Positions 19,634 through 31,124 of a stretch of 64,000 bases of DNA are shown here, piece after piece. The notes under the pieces were generated by a model. It saw nothing but the letters and a program-made list of their open reading frames with translations. It was not told the DNA's origin and did not search any database. The first letter of the stretch is position 1; the number at the start of each line of letters is the position of its first letter. Source of the DNA: Candidatus Planktophila sp. (GTDB lineage Bacteria; Actinomycetota; Actinomycetes; Nanopelagicales; Nanopelagicaceae). A program made the position numbers and the translations under genes. Where the stretch lies: positions 5,231-69,230 of the forward strand of contig JBILJK010000001.1 in the NCBI GenBank assembly GCA_044377285.1. Reading direction: 5' to 3'.

Positions 19634-20232
19634 TTCATCACCTTTGCCTGAGGCCACGAGTATCCAAGCTGGGCAAATGCTTTGCGTACAAATGGCATTG
19701 ATATGCCAACTACATTTGTGTAATCACCTTCAATAGAAGGGATAAAAGGAGAGCTAAATCCATCGAGGGTAAAACCACCCGCAACATAAAGCGGTTCTTC
19801 CGTCGCAACGTAATCTGCAATTTCTTCATCGCTCATGTGATCAAATGTGACCCGTGTTGTTACTCGATCTGAAATTTCAACATCTTTTGCGGTATCAATT
19901 ATGCAATGTCCTGTGTGCAGTAAACCGGAGTTGCCTCGAACTCGCTTTGCGCGCTCTGTTGCAATATCTGGAGTCCCTGGTTTTCCTAGCGAAACACCGT
20001 CGAATTCAAATGTTGAGTCACACCCGATAATAATTGCCGGAAAATCAATCTGCTCGCGGACTGTGTGCGCCTTTGTAATTGCTAGCGCTATAACCATATC
20101 TGCGGGGTGCATCGCGTTGAAAAAATCTGTTTCTTCATCAACATTGCTCACAATAATCTTTGGTGATAATCCAGCAGACTCAAGTAAACGGCGTCGGCTA
20201 GTTGATTGAGAAGCTAAAACTATTGTTGGCAT
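19630..20232 (-). CDS. maf: Maf-family nucleoside triphosphate pyrophosphatase
   Basis: IVLASQS-SRR, GCDS, LGKP, NVVGI. Confidence 0.94.
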   Translation of the reverse strand: MPTIVLASQSTSRRRLLESAGLSPKIIVSNVDEETDFFNAMHPADMVIALAITKAHTVREQIDFPAIIIGCDSTFEFDGVSLGKPGTPDIATERAKRVRGNSGLLHTGHCIIDTAKDVEISDRVTTRVTFDHMSDEEIADYVATEEPLYVAGGFTLDGFSSPFIPSIEGDYTNVVGISMPFVRKAFAQLGYSWPQAKVMK

Positions 20233-20234
20233 CG

Positions 20235-20417
20235 TTATCCAAACCTTCTTGCACCAAATGTAATTTGTTGCGGAAGTGGCTGACGCAACTGTGGTGATCC
20301 GTACACGCTGCGGCGAATCACTGGTATGAGCTCTTCACGTTTGTGGTGTGACATCACCGCTTGAATTGCCAATAGCTCTTCAGCGGTCGGAACACCTTTA
20401 GTTATTTCAAATTTCAT
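20235..20417 (-). CDS. accE: Acyl-CoA carboxylase epsilon subunit
   Basis: ITKGVPTAEELLAI motif; lies between carboxyltransferase and maf, the conserved actinobacterial position. Confidence 0.8.
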   Translation of the reverse strand: MKFEITKGVPTAEELLAIQAVMSHHKREELIPVIRRSVYGSPQLRQPLPQQITFGARRFG

Positions 20418-21988
20418 TACAAAGGAATATTTCCATGTTTGCGAGCGGGCAAAACATCACGCTTTGTCTTGAGAGTTCTAAAGGCTTTAGTTATGTATGC
20501 GCGAGATTGGCTTGGCTCAATGACTGTATCAATTGTTCCTCGCTCGGCAGCCAAGTAAGGATTTGCCAGCGATTCGTTGTAATCCTTCACTAACTCGGCA
20601 CGCTTAGCTTCAGGATCTTGTGCGTCACTTAGCTCTTTTCGATACAAAATATTTACCGCTCCTTGTGCACCCATAACTGCGATTTCAGCACTTGGCCACG
20701 CAAAATTAATGTCACTACCAAGATACTTGGAACCCATAACAATGAATGCTCCGCCGTAAGCCTTGCGGGTAATCAGTGTTACTAGTGGAACAGATGCTTC
20801 AGCGTATGCGTACAGCAACTTGGCCCCGCGGCGGATAATTCCATCCCATTCCTGTTCAGTCCCCGGTAAGAAACCTGGAACATCTACAAGGGTAAGAATA
20901 GGAATATTAAAGGCATCGCAGAAACGCAAGAATCGTGCTGCTTTTTCACTGGAATTAATATCAAGTGTTCCGGCTAATTGATTAGGTTGATTAGCAATTA
21001 TTCCAATTGATTCACCTTCGATGCGTGCAAATCCCACAACTATATTTGGGGCATATAGCGCATGAACTTCTAGGAATTCAGCCTCATCTACTAATGCCTG
21101 AATCAAAATCTTCATGTCATAGGGCTGGTTCGGACTATCCGGAATCAATGCATCAAGTGCGATATCTGAAGCCTTTTTTTCCAAAGTTTCAGTTGGTGGA
21201 AGATGAGGTGCTGCATCCATGTTGTTTGATGGAAGGTATGAAAGAAGGGCCTTTACATAATCAATCGCATCATCTTCATTTTCTGCAAGATAATGTGAAT
21301 TACCCGTGCGCGTATTATGTGTACGGGCACCACCAAGTTCTTCCATTCCGACTTCTTCACCGGTAACGGTCTTAATAACATCAGGACCAGTGATAAACAT
21401 ATGGGAAGTTTCATTCACCATGACTGTGAAATCAGTGAGCGCGGGTGAATATGCAGATCCACCAGCACATGGCCCAAGGATCAGCGAGATCTGGGGGATA
21501 ACTCCTGAAGATCGAGTGTTAAGTCGGAAAATCTTGCCGTACCCATTGAGGGATGCAACACCTTCTTGAATACGTGCTCCACCAGAATCATTTATTCCGA
21601 TGAGTGGGATCCCAGATTTAAGTGCGAACTCTGCGATCTTCACAATTTTTTCCGCGTGGACCTCACCAAGGGATCCACCCATCACAGTGAAATCTTGTGA
21701 ATACAAAGCTATTGGGCGACCATCAACAGTGGCTGTTCCGATTACTACGCCGTCACCGTAAGGGCGATTCTTTTCCATTCCAAACTGAGTTGAGCGGTGA
21801 CGCGCAAACTCATCAATCTCGGTAAATGACTCGGCATCAACTAACAATTCAATTCTCTCGCGAGCAGACTTCTTGCCTTTTGAGTGCTGCTTCTCTACAG
21901 CGCGCTCGGAGCCACCATGGATGGCTTCCTCAACACGATCACGAAGGTCTTCTATTTTTCCGGCAGTTGTATGCAGATCACGGCTCAT
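20417..21988 (-). CDS. pccB: Acyl-CoA carboxylase beta (carboxyltransferase) subunit
   Basis: [46 protein letters not shown]. Confidence 0.95.
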   Translation of the reverse strand: MSRDLHTTAGKIEDLRDRVEEAIHGGSERAVEKQHSKGKKSARERIELLVDAESFTEIDEFARHRSTQFGMEKNRPYGDGVVIGTATVDGRPIALYSQDFTVMGGSLGEVHAEKIVKIAEFALKSGIPLIGINDSGGARIQEGVASLNGYGKIFRLNTRSSGVIPQISLILGPCAGGSAYSPALTDFTVMVNETSHMFITGPDVIKTVTGEEVGMEELGGARTHNTRTGNSHYLAENEDDAIDYVKALLSYLPSNNMDAAPHLPPTETLEKKASDIALDALIPDSPNQPYDMKILIQALVDEAEFLEVHALYAPNIVVGFARIEGESIGIIANQPNQLAGTLDINSSEKAARFLRFCDAFNIPILTLVDVPGFLPGTEQEWDGIIRRGAKLLYAYAEASVPLVTLITRKAYGGAFIVMGSKYLGSDINFAWPSAEIAVMGAQGAVNILYRKELSDAQDPEAKRAELVKDYNESLANPYLAAERGTIDTVIEPSQSRAYITKAFRTLKTKRDVLPARKHGNIPL

Positions 21989-22006
21989 GGGCGTACGGTA
22001 CTAGTC
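21989..22006. promoter_or_regulatory. Bidirectional leaderless promoter
   Basis: TACGGTA at 21994-22000: TACGGT 7 nt before GTG 22007 (+); TACCGT 6 nt before ATG 21988 (-). Confidence 0.65.
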
Positions 22007-22765
22007 GTGGGCAAAGAATTGTTAAGTGCAGCGCTTGATCCAGCAGAGATCAATAGATTGATTACGCCTTACTGGCGAGTAAGCGTGGTTGAACTCACGA
22101 GTTCAACGCAAGGCGATTTAGTGCAACGCGTACGCGATGGTGAAGCACAAGTAGGTGATGTAATTGCTGCAGAGTTTCAAACAGCAGGTCGAGGACGATT
22201 AGATCGCACCTTTGAGGCACCAAAGGGAAGTGCATTGCTATTTTCTTTTTACATCAAACCACAACGCAATCGTGATGACTGGGGATGGCTTCCTTTAATT
22301 GCCGGATACAGTGTTGCTAAAACTCTGCATGCTTTTCACGCATCCGTTAAATGGCCAAATGATATTTTGATTAATAACAAAAAAGTATCAGGTCTAATTG
22401 CCGAAGTAGTTGGTGACGGAGTAGTAATTGGTATCGGCATCAATGTAGGCATGAGCGAAGCTCAACTACCTGTAGAAACAGCAACATCCTTACTTGTTGA
22501 AGGTGGAGTTGATTTAACGAGAGATGAAATTTTATGCGAGGTATTGGAAGAGTTTGAAGAGCATTTTGTGCAATGGGATCAAGGTATTGACGAAGTTCAG
22601 GCGCTATACGTACATCTAAGTGCCACCTTAGGCAAGGATGTTCGCGTTGAATACCCTGGCGGAGCTACACACCTGGCTAGAGCACAATCAATTTCAGATA
22701 TTGGCGCGCTCATCTTGGATGATGGGACGCATGTTCAATCCGCCGATGTAATTCATCTACGATAA
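22007..22765 (+). CDS. birA: Biotin--protein ligase (class I, no HTH)
   Basis: SSTQ, QTAGRGRLDR, KWPND, GIGINV; start revised to in-frame GTG 22007. Confidence 0.93.
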   Translation: MGKELLSAALDPAEINRLITPYWRVSVVELTSSTQGDLVQRVRDGEAQVGDVIAAEFQTAGRGRLDRTFEAPKGSALLFSFYIKPQRNRDDWGWLPLIAGYSVAKTLHAFHASVKWPNDILINNKKVSGLIAEVVGDGVVIGIGINVGMSEAQLPVETATSLLVEGGVDLTRDEILCEVLEEFEEHFVQWDQGIDEVQALYVHLSATLGKDVRVEYPGGATHLARAQSISDIGALILDDGTHVQSADVIHLR

Positions 22766-22769
22766 GCCG

Positions 22770-23882
22770 GTGAGCAAAGCCTTTCCAACCGTCGGAGTCA
22801 TCGGCGCTGGACAACTTGCTCGAATGAGTATCGCACCTGCAACTGCACTAGGCGTTAATTTATTGTTGCTTGCAGCTGATTCCAATGATTCTGCCGCTCA
22901 GATAACGCAGCATGTTGTTGGGGATTACACCGATCTTCAGACTGTTCGAGAGTTTGCGGCGCAGTGTGATGTTGTTACCTTTGAACACGAATTAATTCCA
23001 TTAAGTATTGTCAAAGCGCTAGAAGCTGATGGAGTGGTTGTTCGTCCCTCTTCTGCATCATTTCTATATTCACAAGATAAAGCAGCTATGCGTCAGAAAT
23101 TGCAGGCATTTCCCTCACCACAATTTCAAATAGTGACTGCAGTAAATCAAGTGAAAGAGTTTCCCGTTATCGCTAAAGCCATCACAGGTGGATATGACGG
23201 ACGCGGTGTGTGGAAAGTTAATTCAGAACAAGAGCTAGGTGATCTTTTGCATCAGATGACCAAGCTACTAGTTGAAGAATTGATTGAATTTGATTATGAG
23301 ATCGCTGTAATGGTCGCACGATCACCTCATGGACAGGCAACAACATGGGCTCCAACGCAAACGGTGCAAAAAGATGGAATCTGTGTGATGACAATTTCTC
23401 CTGCTCCACAATTATCAGCGGCGTTAAGTGAAAAAGCACAGAAACTTGCACTAGATATTGCAGCAGAAGTTGGGGTAGTTGGCGTGATGGCGGTTGAAAT
23501 GTTTGTAAAAGGGGAGAACTTATTCATTAATGAGTTGGCCATGCGTCCGCATAACTCTGGTCACTGGACAATTGAGGGCTCTCTTACAAGTCAGTTTGAA
23601 CAACATCTGCGTGCAGTTTTAGATTTGCCACTTGGAGAGCCTTCAATGACAGCTCCTATTGCAGTCATGGGAAATGTTTTGGGTGGCAGCAAGACAGATA
23701 TGTATCGTCCTTTTCTGCATTTGATGGCACGGACTCCTGCGCTTAATTTTCATCATTACAAGAAGGATGTACGCCCAGGTCGAAAGATCGGCCATGTCAC
23801 TTTGCTAGGCAAAGACCTCGTAGAATTAACCAATGAAGTCCAACATGCGGTGGACTATATGAGCGGAGAAATCGATGAGTGA
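22770..23882 (+). CDS. purK: N5-carboxyaminoimidazole ribonucleotide synthase
   Basis: [40 protein letters not shown]. Confidence 0.97.
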   Translation: MSKAFPTVGVIGAGQLARMSIAPATALGVNLLLLAADSNDSAAQITQHVVGDYTDLQTVREFAAQCDVVTFEHELIPLSIVKALEADGVVVRPSSASFLYSQDKAAMRQKLQAFPSPQFQIVTAVNQVKEFPVIAKAITGGYDGRGVWKVNSEQELGDLLHQMTKLLVEELIEFDYEIAVMVARSPHGQATTWAPTQTVQKDGICVMTISPAPQLSAALSEKAQKLALDIAAEVGVVGVMAVEMFVKGENLFINELAMRPHNSGHWTIEGSLTSQFEQHLRAVLDLPLGEPSMTAPIAVMGNVLGGSKTDMYRPFLHLMARTPALNFHHYKKDVRPGRKIGHVTLLGKDLVELTNEVQHAVDYMSGEIDE

Positions 23883-24381
23883 TGTAGCGATCATCATGGG
23901 GTCAGATTCAGACTGGCCAACGATGGAAGATGCCGCAAAAATTTTGGATGATCTTGGAATCTCATATACAGCAGATGTTGTCTCGGCACATCGCATGCCA
24001 CTTGAGATGGTTGAGTTTGCACAATCTGCGCAATCAAAGGGGTACAAAGTAATCATTGCTGGTGCAGGCGGTTCTGCGCATTTACCAGGAATGGTTGCAT
24101 CATTAACAACGCTTCCCGTTATTGGTGTGCCAGTTGCCCTAAAAAACCTTGATGGAATGGATTCCTTGCTGTCGATTGTTCAAATGCCAGCAGGTGTTCC
24201 TGTGGCAACAGTTGGAGTTGGTAATGCAAAGAACGCAGCATTGCTGGCTGCACGAATTTTGGGTGTATCTGATGCTGCGATTTCGGCAAAGGTTGCAGAT
24301 GGCTTAAAGGAAATTAATAAGATTGCAAAGGAAAAAGGCGAGAGCTTAAACTCTCGCCGCAATCATAAAACTGGTTTTTAA
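23875..24381 (+). CDS. purE: N5-CAIR mutase
   Basis: [34 protein letters not shown]. Confidence 0.98.
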   Translation: MSDVAIIMGSDSDWPTMEDAAKILDDLGISYTADVVSAHRMPLEMVEFAQSAQSKGYKVIIAGAGGSAHLPGMVASLTTLPVIGVPVALKNLDGMDSLLSIVQMPAGVPVATVGVGNAKNAALLAARILGVSDAAISAKVADGLKEINKIAKEKGESLNSRRNHKTGF

Positions 24382-24788
24382 GCCCTAGCGCGATATTCGA
24401 TAGCAGGGCAACGATCCATTACCGTCAGTAAACCGGCAGCCTGTGCGCGAGCGATTGCATCAGTATCAATCACATCTAATTGCAGCCAGACCGCCTTGGC
24501 ACCAATGGCAATTGCTTCATCTACAACTTTTCCAACAAGTGTTGAATTAACAAAACAATCTACAACATCGACAGATCCCGGAATTTCAGTCAAAGTTTTG
24601 TAGCCAATTTCACCGTGCACAACTTCAGCTCGTGGGTATACCGGAATGATTGTGTGACCTTTATCTTGAAGAAGTTTTGCTACTCCAAATGCAGCGCGCT
24701 CAGGATTATTGCCAAGCCCAACTACTGCCCATGTTTTCAGTGCAAGGACAGCGTCAATTGTTTCCTCGGTATTAATCAGTACGTCCAA
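24378..24788 (-). CDS. CoA-binding protein (YccU family)
   Basis: [35 protein letters not shown]; start uncertain (in-frame TTG 24788 within ugd end). Confidence 0.88.
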   Translation of the reverse strand: MDVLINTEETIDAVLALKTWAVVGLGNNPERAAFGVAKLLQDKGHTIIPVYPRAEVVHGEIGYKTLTEIPGSVDVVDCFVNSTLVGKVVDEAIAIGAKAVWLQLDVIDTDAIARAQAAGLLTVMDRCPAIEYRARA

Positions 24789-26082
24789 GTGCGTGGAACT
24801 TCCATCCAGCGTTGCGCCACAATGTGCGATCCAACATGTTGCGCCCATCAATTATTATTTTACTTTTAACAATCGAAGAAATAGCGGCAGGATCGATCTG
24901 GCGGTACTCCTTCCATTCGGTTAAGTGAAGGATTAAATCCGCATCTTTAATTGCATCTGTCACAACTTCAGCAAAATCAAGGTTTGGGAAACGCTTGCGA
25001 GCAGGCTTAATACCTTGTGGATCATGGATGACAACCTTTGCACCCGCTGCATGCAACTGAACAGCGATATCTAAAGCAGGGGAGTCACGCACATCATCAC
25101 TGTCAGGTTTAAAGGTTGCACCCAAAACAGCAATTTTGTACTTAGTTAGATCCTCTGAAAGTTCTCCACGCACAACATCAATTACTCGCTGACGGGCACG
25201 TAAGTTTATTGCATCAATTTCCCGTAAGAACTCAAGTGCTTGCTTGGCACCTAACTCTTCGGCGCGAGCCATAAATGCACGAATATCTTTGGGAAGACAG
25301 CCTCCACCAAAGCCAATGCCTGCCTGCAAGAAGCGACTGCCGATTCGAGGGTCGTATCCGATTGCCTTTGCAAGCACTGTTACATCTCCACCCGCAGCTT
25401 CGCATACTTCAGCCATCGCGTTGATAAATGAAATCTTTGTTGCAAGAAATGAATTAGCAGCAACTTTTACTAGTTCAGATGTTGGTAGGTCTGCACGAAT
25501 CCACGGTGTACCTAATGCAATAACAGGTTCATAAACCTCTTTTAGAATCTCTTCCGCGCGATCGTTTGCAACGCCGACTACTAAACGGTTTGGCGTCAAA
25601 GTATCTTCAACAGCAAAACCTTCACGAAGGAATTCTGGGTTCCATGCTAAATCTGATTGCGGCGCTGTCTTTGCAAGTTCGGCGCGCAATGCTTGCGCTG
25701 TTCCAACCGGAACCGTGGATTTGCCGACAACAAGGGATCCTTCTTTGAGATACGGGGATATGGCAGCAACTGCGGACTTTACATAGGTTAAATCTGCTGC
25801 GAGTCCATCTTTGCTTTGCGGTGTTCCAACACAGACAAAGTGAACATCAGCATCCTTAACAGCAGAAAAATCTGTTGTGAAAGAGAGGCGACCTGTTTTC
25901 ATTTCTTGCTCGAGCAGTGTGTCTAGGCCTGGTTCATAAAATGGAAGTTTTCCACTTTGCAGCAGAGCCACTTTTTCTGGATCTGTATCGACGCCAATTA
26001 CCGTAAAACCAAGTGAAGACATACAAGCAGCATGGGTGGCTCCGAGATAACCGCAGCCAACAACCGAGAGAGTTAAAGTCAT
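24772..26082 (-). CDS. ugd: UDP-glucose/GDP-mannose dehydrogenase family protein
   Basis: GCGYLG, CVGTP, KSTVPVGT, NPEFLREG, GFGGGCLPKD, FKPDSDDVRDSP. Confidence 0.95.
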   Translation of the reverse strand: MTLTLSVVGCGYLGATHAACMSSLGFTVIGVDTDPEKVALLQSGKLPFYEPGLDTLLEQEMKTGRLSFTTDFSAVKDADVHFVCVGTPQSKDGLAADLTYVKSAVAAISPYLKEGSLVVGKSTVPVGTAQALRAELAKTAPQSDLAWNPEFLREGFAVEDTLTPNRLVVGVANDRAEEILKEVYEPVIALGTPWIRADLPTSELVKVAANSFLATKISFINAMAEVCEAAGGDVTVLAKAIGYDPRIGSRFLQAGIGFGGGCLPKDIRAFMARAEELGAKQALEFLREIDAINLRARQRVIDVVRGELSEDLTKYKIAVLGATFKPDSDDVRDSPALDIAVQLHAAGAKVVIHDPQGIKPARKRFPNLDFAEVVTDAIKDADLILHLTEWKEYRQIDPAAISSIVKSKIIIDGRNMLDRTLWRNAGWKFHALGRTD

Positions 26083-26092
26083 GTGAGGCAGT

Positions 26093-27208
26093 TTACTTCA
26101 GAGCCCCACAAGGATTTTCATCAGCGGTACGAGTCTTGAATTTATCAATCACAGTAGGAGTCGCTTTTGCGCTAGCGGATGCCGATGGTGATGGGGTAAC
26201 CGTATCAACAAGTGGCAAATCTTCACGTAAACGATTGAAAAGCTCTGGAGCTAATACTGGATCCCATGTAACTACCGATCCCACACCTGGGACACGAGCG
26301 TTGGTATTGCCTAGCGGAATAGTCAATGTACGCATTTTGCTTGGTGAAAGATTCTTCATTTGTTTTGCAAGAGTTAATAGGTCGCTCTCATTAAGTTGCG
26401 AATCTGTTTTCACTGTTGCGATTGCGGCATTAAAGAAATTAACAAGCTTGATTGGGTTGAGCAATACACCTGTACTTGTAACTTTTCTTAGGACAGCGCC
26501 CATGAATTGTTGTTGACGTTGCATACGCCCAAGATCGCCCATGCCATCAAAATCGCGGGTGCGAACATATTTAAGTGACTCAACGCCATTTAGCGTATGA
26601 ACGCCAGCTGGTAAAACTAAGTGGCTACCTGGATCATCAATATCTTTCTTCGTACACACTTCGATTCCGCCTAATGAATCCACCATCCCTGCAAATCCCG
26701 CAAAACCAATTTCGATGTAATGATCAATGCGAACACCGGTTTCATTTTCAATTGTTTGAATCAGAAGCGGAGCACCACCAAAAGCAAAGGCAGCATTGAT
26801 CTTTCCTTTTGCAGCCGGAATCATTTTAGTTTTATTGATAGATGAGACATGTTCAGGAATTGTCACTAACGAATCACGCGGAATTGAAATCAATGTTGCC
26901 TTGTCGCGCGACTTGGAGATATGAACAAGCAGCATGGTGTCAGATCGAGAACCTGCAGCTGTTGCTGTTGATCCAACTCGCAGCAATCTCCGTTGCTCTT
27001 TTGTTAAGCCTTCACGAGTATCTGATCCGACAAGGAGATAGTTCAAAGCTTTATTTGGTTTATCAGGACGAGCTTTCAAGGTACCGAATACATCAATTCG
27101 ATCGATGGCTCCGCTCACCTGGCCTAGCCCCAACCAAGAAAATGCGGAGATAAGGACGACTCCCACAGATAGTGAGGTAATAATCCGAATTGCCCGCGTT
27201 GATTTCAC
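26093..27208 (-). CDS. LCP (LytR-CpsA-Psr) glycopolymer-peptidoglycan ligase
   Basis: N-terminal TM, LLVGSD, RSDTMLL, SIPRD, KINAAF, DLGRMQRQQ; S/T/P-rich tail. Confidence 0.95.
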   Translation of the reverse strand: MKSTRAIRIITSLSVGVVLISAFSWLGLGQVSGAIDRIDVFGTLKARPDKPNKALNYLLVGSDTREGLTKEQRRLLRVGSTATAAGSRSDTMLLVHISKSRDKATLISIPRDSLVTIPEHVSSINKTKMIPAAKGKINAAFAFGGAPLLIQTIENETGVRIDHYIEIGFAGFAGMVDSLGGIEVCTKKDIDDPGSHLVLPAGVHTLNGVESLKYVRTRDFDGMGDLGRMQRQQQFMGAVLRKVTSTGVLLNPIKLVNFFNAAIATVKTDSQLNESDLLTLAKQMKNLSPSKMRTLTIPLGNTNARVPGVGSVVTWDPVLAPELFNRLREDLPLVDTVTPSPSASASAKATPTVIDKFKTRTADENPCGALK

Positions 27209-27244
27209 TGTCAGAGAGTACTTGAGCGATAGCGTGTGCGGGTT

Positions 27245-28255
27245 ATGTCGACATCAGCTAATGCGTTATATGGCTCACCGAAAAGAGAGATTTCGGTGAT
27301 TTTGCCTGTCCTTAATGAGGAGATTTATCTAGAGGATGCAGTGAGAGCGATCCTTGCTCAACAATATGACGGAAAGATAGAAGTGATTCTGGCTGTGGCT
27401 CCATCATTAGACAGAACCTTAGAGATCGCACAGCGATTACACATAAATGATCCGAGAGTCGTAATTGTTGATAATCCAACCGGTCGAACCGCAGCGGGTT
27501 TAAATCGCGCAATCGCTGCAGCCCAGTATTCCATTATCGTTCGGGTCGATGGTCATTCAAATATTCCTAGTAATTATTGTCAATTAGTTTCAGAGATTTT
27601 AGAAAAAACCGGGGCAGTTAATGTTGGTGGCGTAATGGCTGCTGAAGGACAATCTTTGTTTCAACGATCTGTAGCCCGCGCAATGCGCAGTCCACTTGGA
27701 GTAGGTGCTTCTCGATTCCACACTGGTGGGTCCGCTGGAGAAGTCGATACCGTGTATCTCGGTGCATTTAGGAAAGAAGCACTGCTGGCAGTTGGTGGAT
27801 TTGATGAACGATTTACTCGTGCCCAGGATTGGGAACTCAACTTTAGATTACGTCAGGCCGGCGGAGTTGTTTACTTCGATCCGCGCTTAATTGTTACGTA
27901 TAGACCTCGTTCAACAGTTAAAGCGTTAGCAAAGCAATACTTTGAATATGGTCGCTGGCGTCGCGTTGTCTCACGTCGTCATCAGGGCACCATTAATTAT
28001 CGTTATTTAGCTCCACCATTTACTGTTGCCGCAACAACACTCTCTTTGCTTTTAGGTTGGCTGGTTTCTCCATATCTGTTGATGCCAGCCCTTGTTTATG
28101 CTGTGTTTATCCTGATTGCGTCTGCAGTAATTGGAAAAAGCGCGGGTGAGATTCTGTGTTTGCCCACAATCTTGCTAACAATGCACATTTCTTGGGGGCT
28201 TGGATTTCTTACATCGCCTAAGTCTCTGGCCCCTGATGTAACCTTGCATCCGTGA
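27245..28255 (+). CDS. Glycosyltransferase family 2 (ExoA-like) with C-terminal TM helices
   Basis: SVILPVLNEE, RVDGH, GGFDE, QDWELN, QYFEYGRWR; start 27236 or 27245. Confidence 0.92.
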   Translation: MSTSANALYGSPKREISVILPVLNEEIYLEDAVRAILAQQYDGKIEVILAVAPSLDRTLEIAQRLHINDPRVVIVDNPTGRTAAGLNRAIAAAQYSIIVRVDGHSNIPSNYCQLVSEILEKTGAVNVGGVMAAEGQSLFQRSVARAMRSPLGVGASRFHTGGSAGEVDTVYLGAFRKEALLAVGGFDERFTRAQDWELNFRLRQAGGVVYFDPRLIVTYRPRSTVKALAKQYFEYGRWRRVVSRRHQGTINYRYLAPPFTVAATTLSLLLGWLVSPYLLMPALVYAVFILIASAVIGKSAGEILCLPTILLTMHISWGLGFLTSPKSLAPDVTLHP

Positions 28256-29079
28256 GCACACCACTGCAGGTCTATGAGCCATTTAAGGCTGGCCTGCCCA
28301 AGCTTGGTCGCTATTGGAAATCCTTATGGTCTAGGCGCACCTTTATCAAGGAGTACTCCAAATCAGAGCTTCGTGAGCAACATTTTGATTCGGTTTTTGG
28401 TCAGTTATGGCTAGTTCTTAACCCGCTATTGCTTTCAGCGGTTTACTTTGTTTTGATAATAATCATTGGTGGAACTACAGATAGCGCACGTTTTGCACAC
28501 TTAACTGCGAGTCTTTTTTTGTTTTACTTGGTGTCAAACAGTCTTACCGGTGGCGTCAAATCTGTAACCGCCGGACAGCGACTAATTCTTAACACCGCGT
28601 TTCCTCGAATTATGCTTCCAATTTCGGCCGTGGTAATCGCGATTTTTAAGTTTCTACCAACATTAATTGTTTTCTTTGTGGTTAAGGCAGTTGTTGGAAC
28701 CCCATTTACATTTGAAATGTTGTGGGCTGTCCCAGTTTTATTGATAACAATTTTTCTAGCCCTGGCTTTAGCAATTACAATTTCCTGTATCAATGTCTAT
28801 TTCAGAGATATTTCAAGCTTTTTGCCGTACTTAACCCGCACCCTACTTTACTTATCTCCAATTCTTTACGTTGCATCTGATCTAAAGCCTAGTCTTCGTG
28901 CCATTGAAATTTTTAATCCTCTGTTCCCGATTCTAGATTCGTGGTCACGTGCAATGGTTCAAGGAGAAGCCCCACAGCTTTCAAGCATGCTTCAAGGCTT
29001 AGCGTGGGCAACAGGATTTTTCATAGTTGGAACTTATTTCTTTTTATCGAGGGAGCGTGAGTTCGCTGTCCGTCTCTAA
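28252..29079 (+). CDS. ABC-2 glycan exporter permease (Wzm/TagG-like)
   Basis: FGQLWLVLNPLL, YFRD, YLSPILY, FNPL; ~6 TM. Confidence 0.92.
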   Translation: MSTPLQVYEPFKAGLPKLGRYWKSLWSRRTFIKEYSKSELREQHFDSVFGQLWLVLNPLLLSAVYFVLIIIIGGTTDSARFAHLTASLFLFYLVSNSLTGGVKSVTAGQRLILNTAFPRIMLPISAVVIAIFKFLPTLIVFFVVKAVVGTPFTFEMLWAVPVLLITIFLALALAITISCINVYFRDISSFLPYLTRTLLYLSPILYVASDLKPSLRAIEIFNPLFPILDSWSRAMVQGEAPQLSSMLQGLAWATGFFIVGTYFFLSREREFAVRL

Positions 29080-29860
29080 TTCGCACATTACTAACGAACT
29101 TGCGGTTTCAATCCGTGGAGTTGGCCTTACCTACACGACATCGATAGATAAAAAGCCAACTTTTAAATCTCGAGTCAAATCACTAGGTCGGGGAACAAAA
29201 CAAACTCGAGTTGTTCGCGCACTTGATGACATCAATTTAGATGTTCAGTATGGGCACGTATTGGGAGTAATCGGCACAAATGGTGCTGGTAAATCATCAT
29301 TAATGCGATGCGTTGCTGGCATCTTGCCACCATCGCAAGGTCGCATCGAGGTGTACGGAAGCGTAAGCACCCTGCTGGCACTTGGAGTTGGATTTAATCC
29401 ATCTTTGTCAGGTCGGGACAATGTATTTTTGGGTGGGTTGGCTGCTGGGATGTCCCGCGAAGAAATTGCCGGCAACTTTGATGAGATAGCCGATTTTTCT
29501 GAACTTGGTGATGCAATCGATGCCCCGATGCGTACGTATTCATCTGGAATGTACGCACGACTAGCCTTCTCAGTAGCTGCAGTAGTTCGCCCTGATATTT
29601 TAATTATTGACGAAGCCCTTAGTACAGGTGATGCCAAGTTCAAAGAAAAAAGCCTTAATCGCGTAAAGGAACTTCGAGGCGAAGATCGAGCACTTATTTT
29701 AGTGAGCCATGCGATGCAAACTTTGCGCGACACCTGTAACGATATTGCATGGTTGCACAAAGGAAAACTAGTGCAACGTGGCGAACCCCTTGAAGTAATT
29801 CATGCTTATCAAGAGTTCTTACACCTTGGAAAGAGCGCAGTAATTGATGAGGATTTTTAA
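29057..29860 (+). CDS. ABC glycan exporter ATPase (Wzt/TagH-like, no C-terminal carbohydrate-binding domain)
   Basis: GTNGAGKSS, LSGRDN, YSSGM, IDEALSTGD, VSH; start probably GTG 29057. Confidence 0.93.
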   Translation: MSSLSVSNSHITNELAVSIRGVGLTYTTSIDKKPTFKSRVKSLGRGTKQTRVVRALDDINLDVQYGHVLGVIGTNGAGKSSLMRCVAGILPPSQGRIEVYGSVSTLLALGVGFNPSLSGRDNVFLGGLAAGMSREEIAGNFDEIADFSELGDAIDAPMRTYSSGMYARLAFSVAAVVRPDILIIDEALSTGDAKFKEKSLNRVKELRGEDRALILVSHAMQTLRDTCNDIAWLHKGKLVQRGEPLEVIHAYQEFLHLGKSAVIDEDF

Positions 29861-31124
29861 GTCATTAGTTTTGGCTATATCTCTTGCACTAATACTGCCT
29901 TCGCAATCTTCTGCAGTAGAAATTCCTATATCTTTTCAAGTAAAAGGTGCTGGGTACGGTCATGGCGTTGGAATGAGTCAGATCGGTGCCAGAGCAAAAG
30001 CTTTAGCTGGCGAGACAGCAACCGCAATTGTGTCGTATTACTACAAAGATGTATCTGTTGAACCCTTGGATGATACAAAAATTTTGCGAGTAAATATTGG
30101 ACATTTGTTAACATCTGCAAAAATGGCAACTTCGACACCTGATGCAACATTGCACATTTTTAGTGGTGACATTGGTGATGCTCAAGAGGTTGCTCCTCTA
30201 GCAGTTGTACCCATCAAGAGTTCCTTAAATTTCAGTATTTTGGGATCAACAGTTTTGCCAAGTGTTATTTCAGGAAAAACCACGAAAAGTATTCCTCGTA
30301 ATCGAGTCTTCACTGTTCGCTGGAGCGGTACTCGATATCTACCTGGAGTTGATGGAGTTATATCGTTATCCCACACGGGAGCTACAAAAAAGTATCGTTA
30401 CGGCCAGATGCAGTTTAAAGCGGTCAAGGCAGCAACTATGGGGTATCGAATTGAAGTAACAAATTCTGTGCGCTTATCTGATGAATATTTGTGGGGAATA
30501 AGTGAAGTTCCGTCTTCATGGCCGGAGGCTGCACTCCAAGCGCAAGCTATTGCTTCTAGAACGTATGCAATGAGTAAAGCAGGAATCTATCGATCATCGT
30601 GTGATTGTGATCTTTATAATGAAATTTCTGATCAAACATTTTTGGGGTATGCAAAGGAAACAGAAAAGGGTTGGGGAAAGTTCTGGAAAGCAGCGGTTAC
30701 TAATACTGTCGGTTTAACTATTACTCAGGCAGGCAAACCAATCTCGGCATATTTCGGTAGCTCATCAGGGGGATTAACCGAGACCTCTGGAAACGCATGG
30801 GGCACACAGAAGAGCTTCACGCACTCTGTTGCAGATCTTTCTAGCCTGGATCCAGTGTTGAATCCACGCTTCTATCAGTGGGAACGCACAGTTACGCAAG
30901 GTGCTGTTGCAGCAGCATTTGCGCTACCTGATGTTGTTTCCTTAGTCGTGGTTATGAAAAATACAACTGGAACAGTTGCAACGATAAAAGCCACATCGAG
31001 TGCGGGAGTTCAGAAGAGTTTACGTGGTGAAACTTTTAGAAGTCGAACTAAAATTCCATCTTCCTACTTTGATTTAGTTGGCATGCAATATGCTGTTGAG
31101 CCCACCCCAAGTCCCAGTCCGTAA
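29847..31124 (+). CDS. Secreted SpoIID/LytB-domain protein
   Basis: Signal peptide; GYGHGVGMSQ near N-terminus, YLWGISEVP, ALQAQAIASRTYA, DQTF. Confidence 0.88.
   Translation: MRIFKSLVLAISLALILPSQSSAVEIPISFQVKGAGYGHGVGMSQIGARAKALAGETATAIVSYYYKDVSVEPLDDTKILRVNIGHLLTSAKMATSTPDATLHIFSGDIGDAQEVAPLAVVPIKSSLNFSILGSTVLPSVISGKTTKSIPRNRVFTVRWSGTRYLPGVDGVISLSHTGATKKYRYGQMQFKAVKAATMGYRIEVTNSVRLSDEYLWGISEVPSSWPEAALQAQAIASRTYAMSKAGIYRSSCDCDLYNEISDQTFLGYAKETEKGWGKFWKAAVTNTVGLTITQAGKPISAYFGSSSGGLTETSGNAWGTQKSFTHSVADLSSLDPVLNPRFYQWERTVTQGAVAAAFALPDVVSLVVVMKNTTGTVATIKATSSAGVQKSLRGETFRSRTKIPSSYFDLVGMQYAVEPTPSPSP

Noticed and set aside
21884-22006. N-terminal extension of birA (possible HTH repressor domain)
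   Set aside because: Overlaps pccB antisense and has no HTH; start at 22007 fits better
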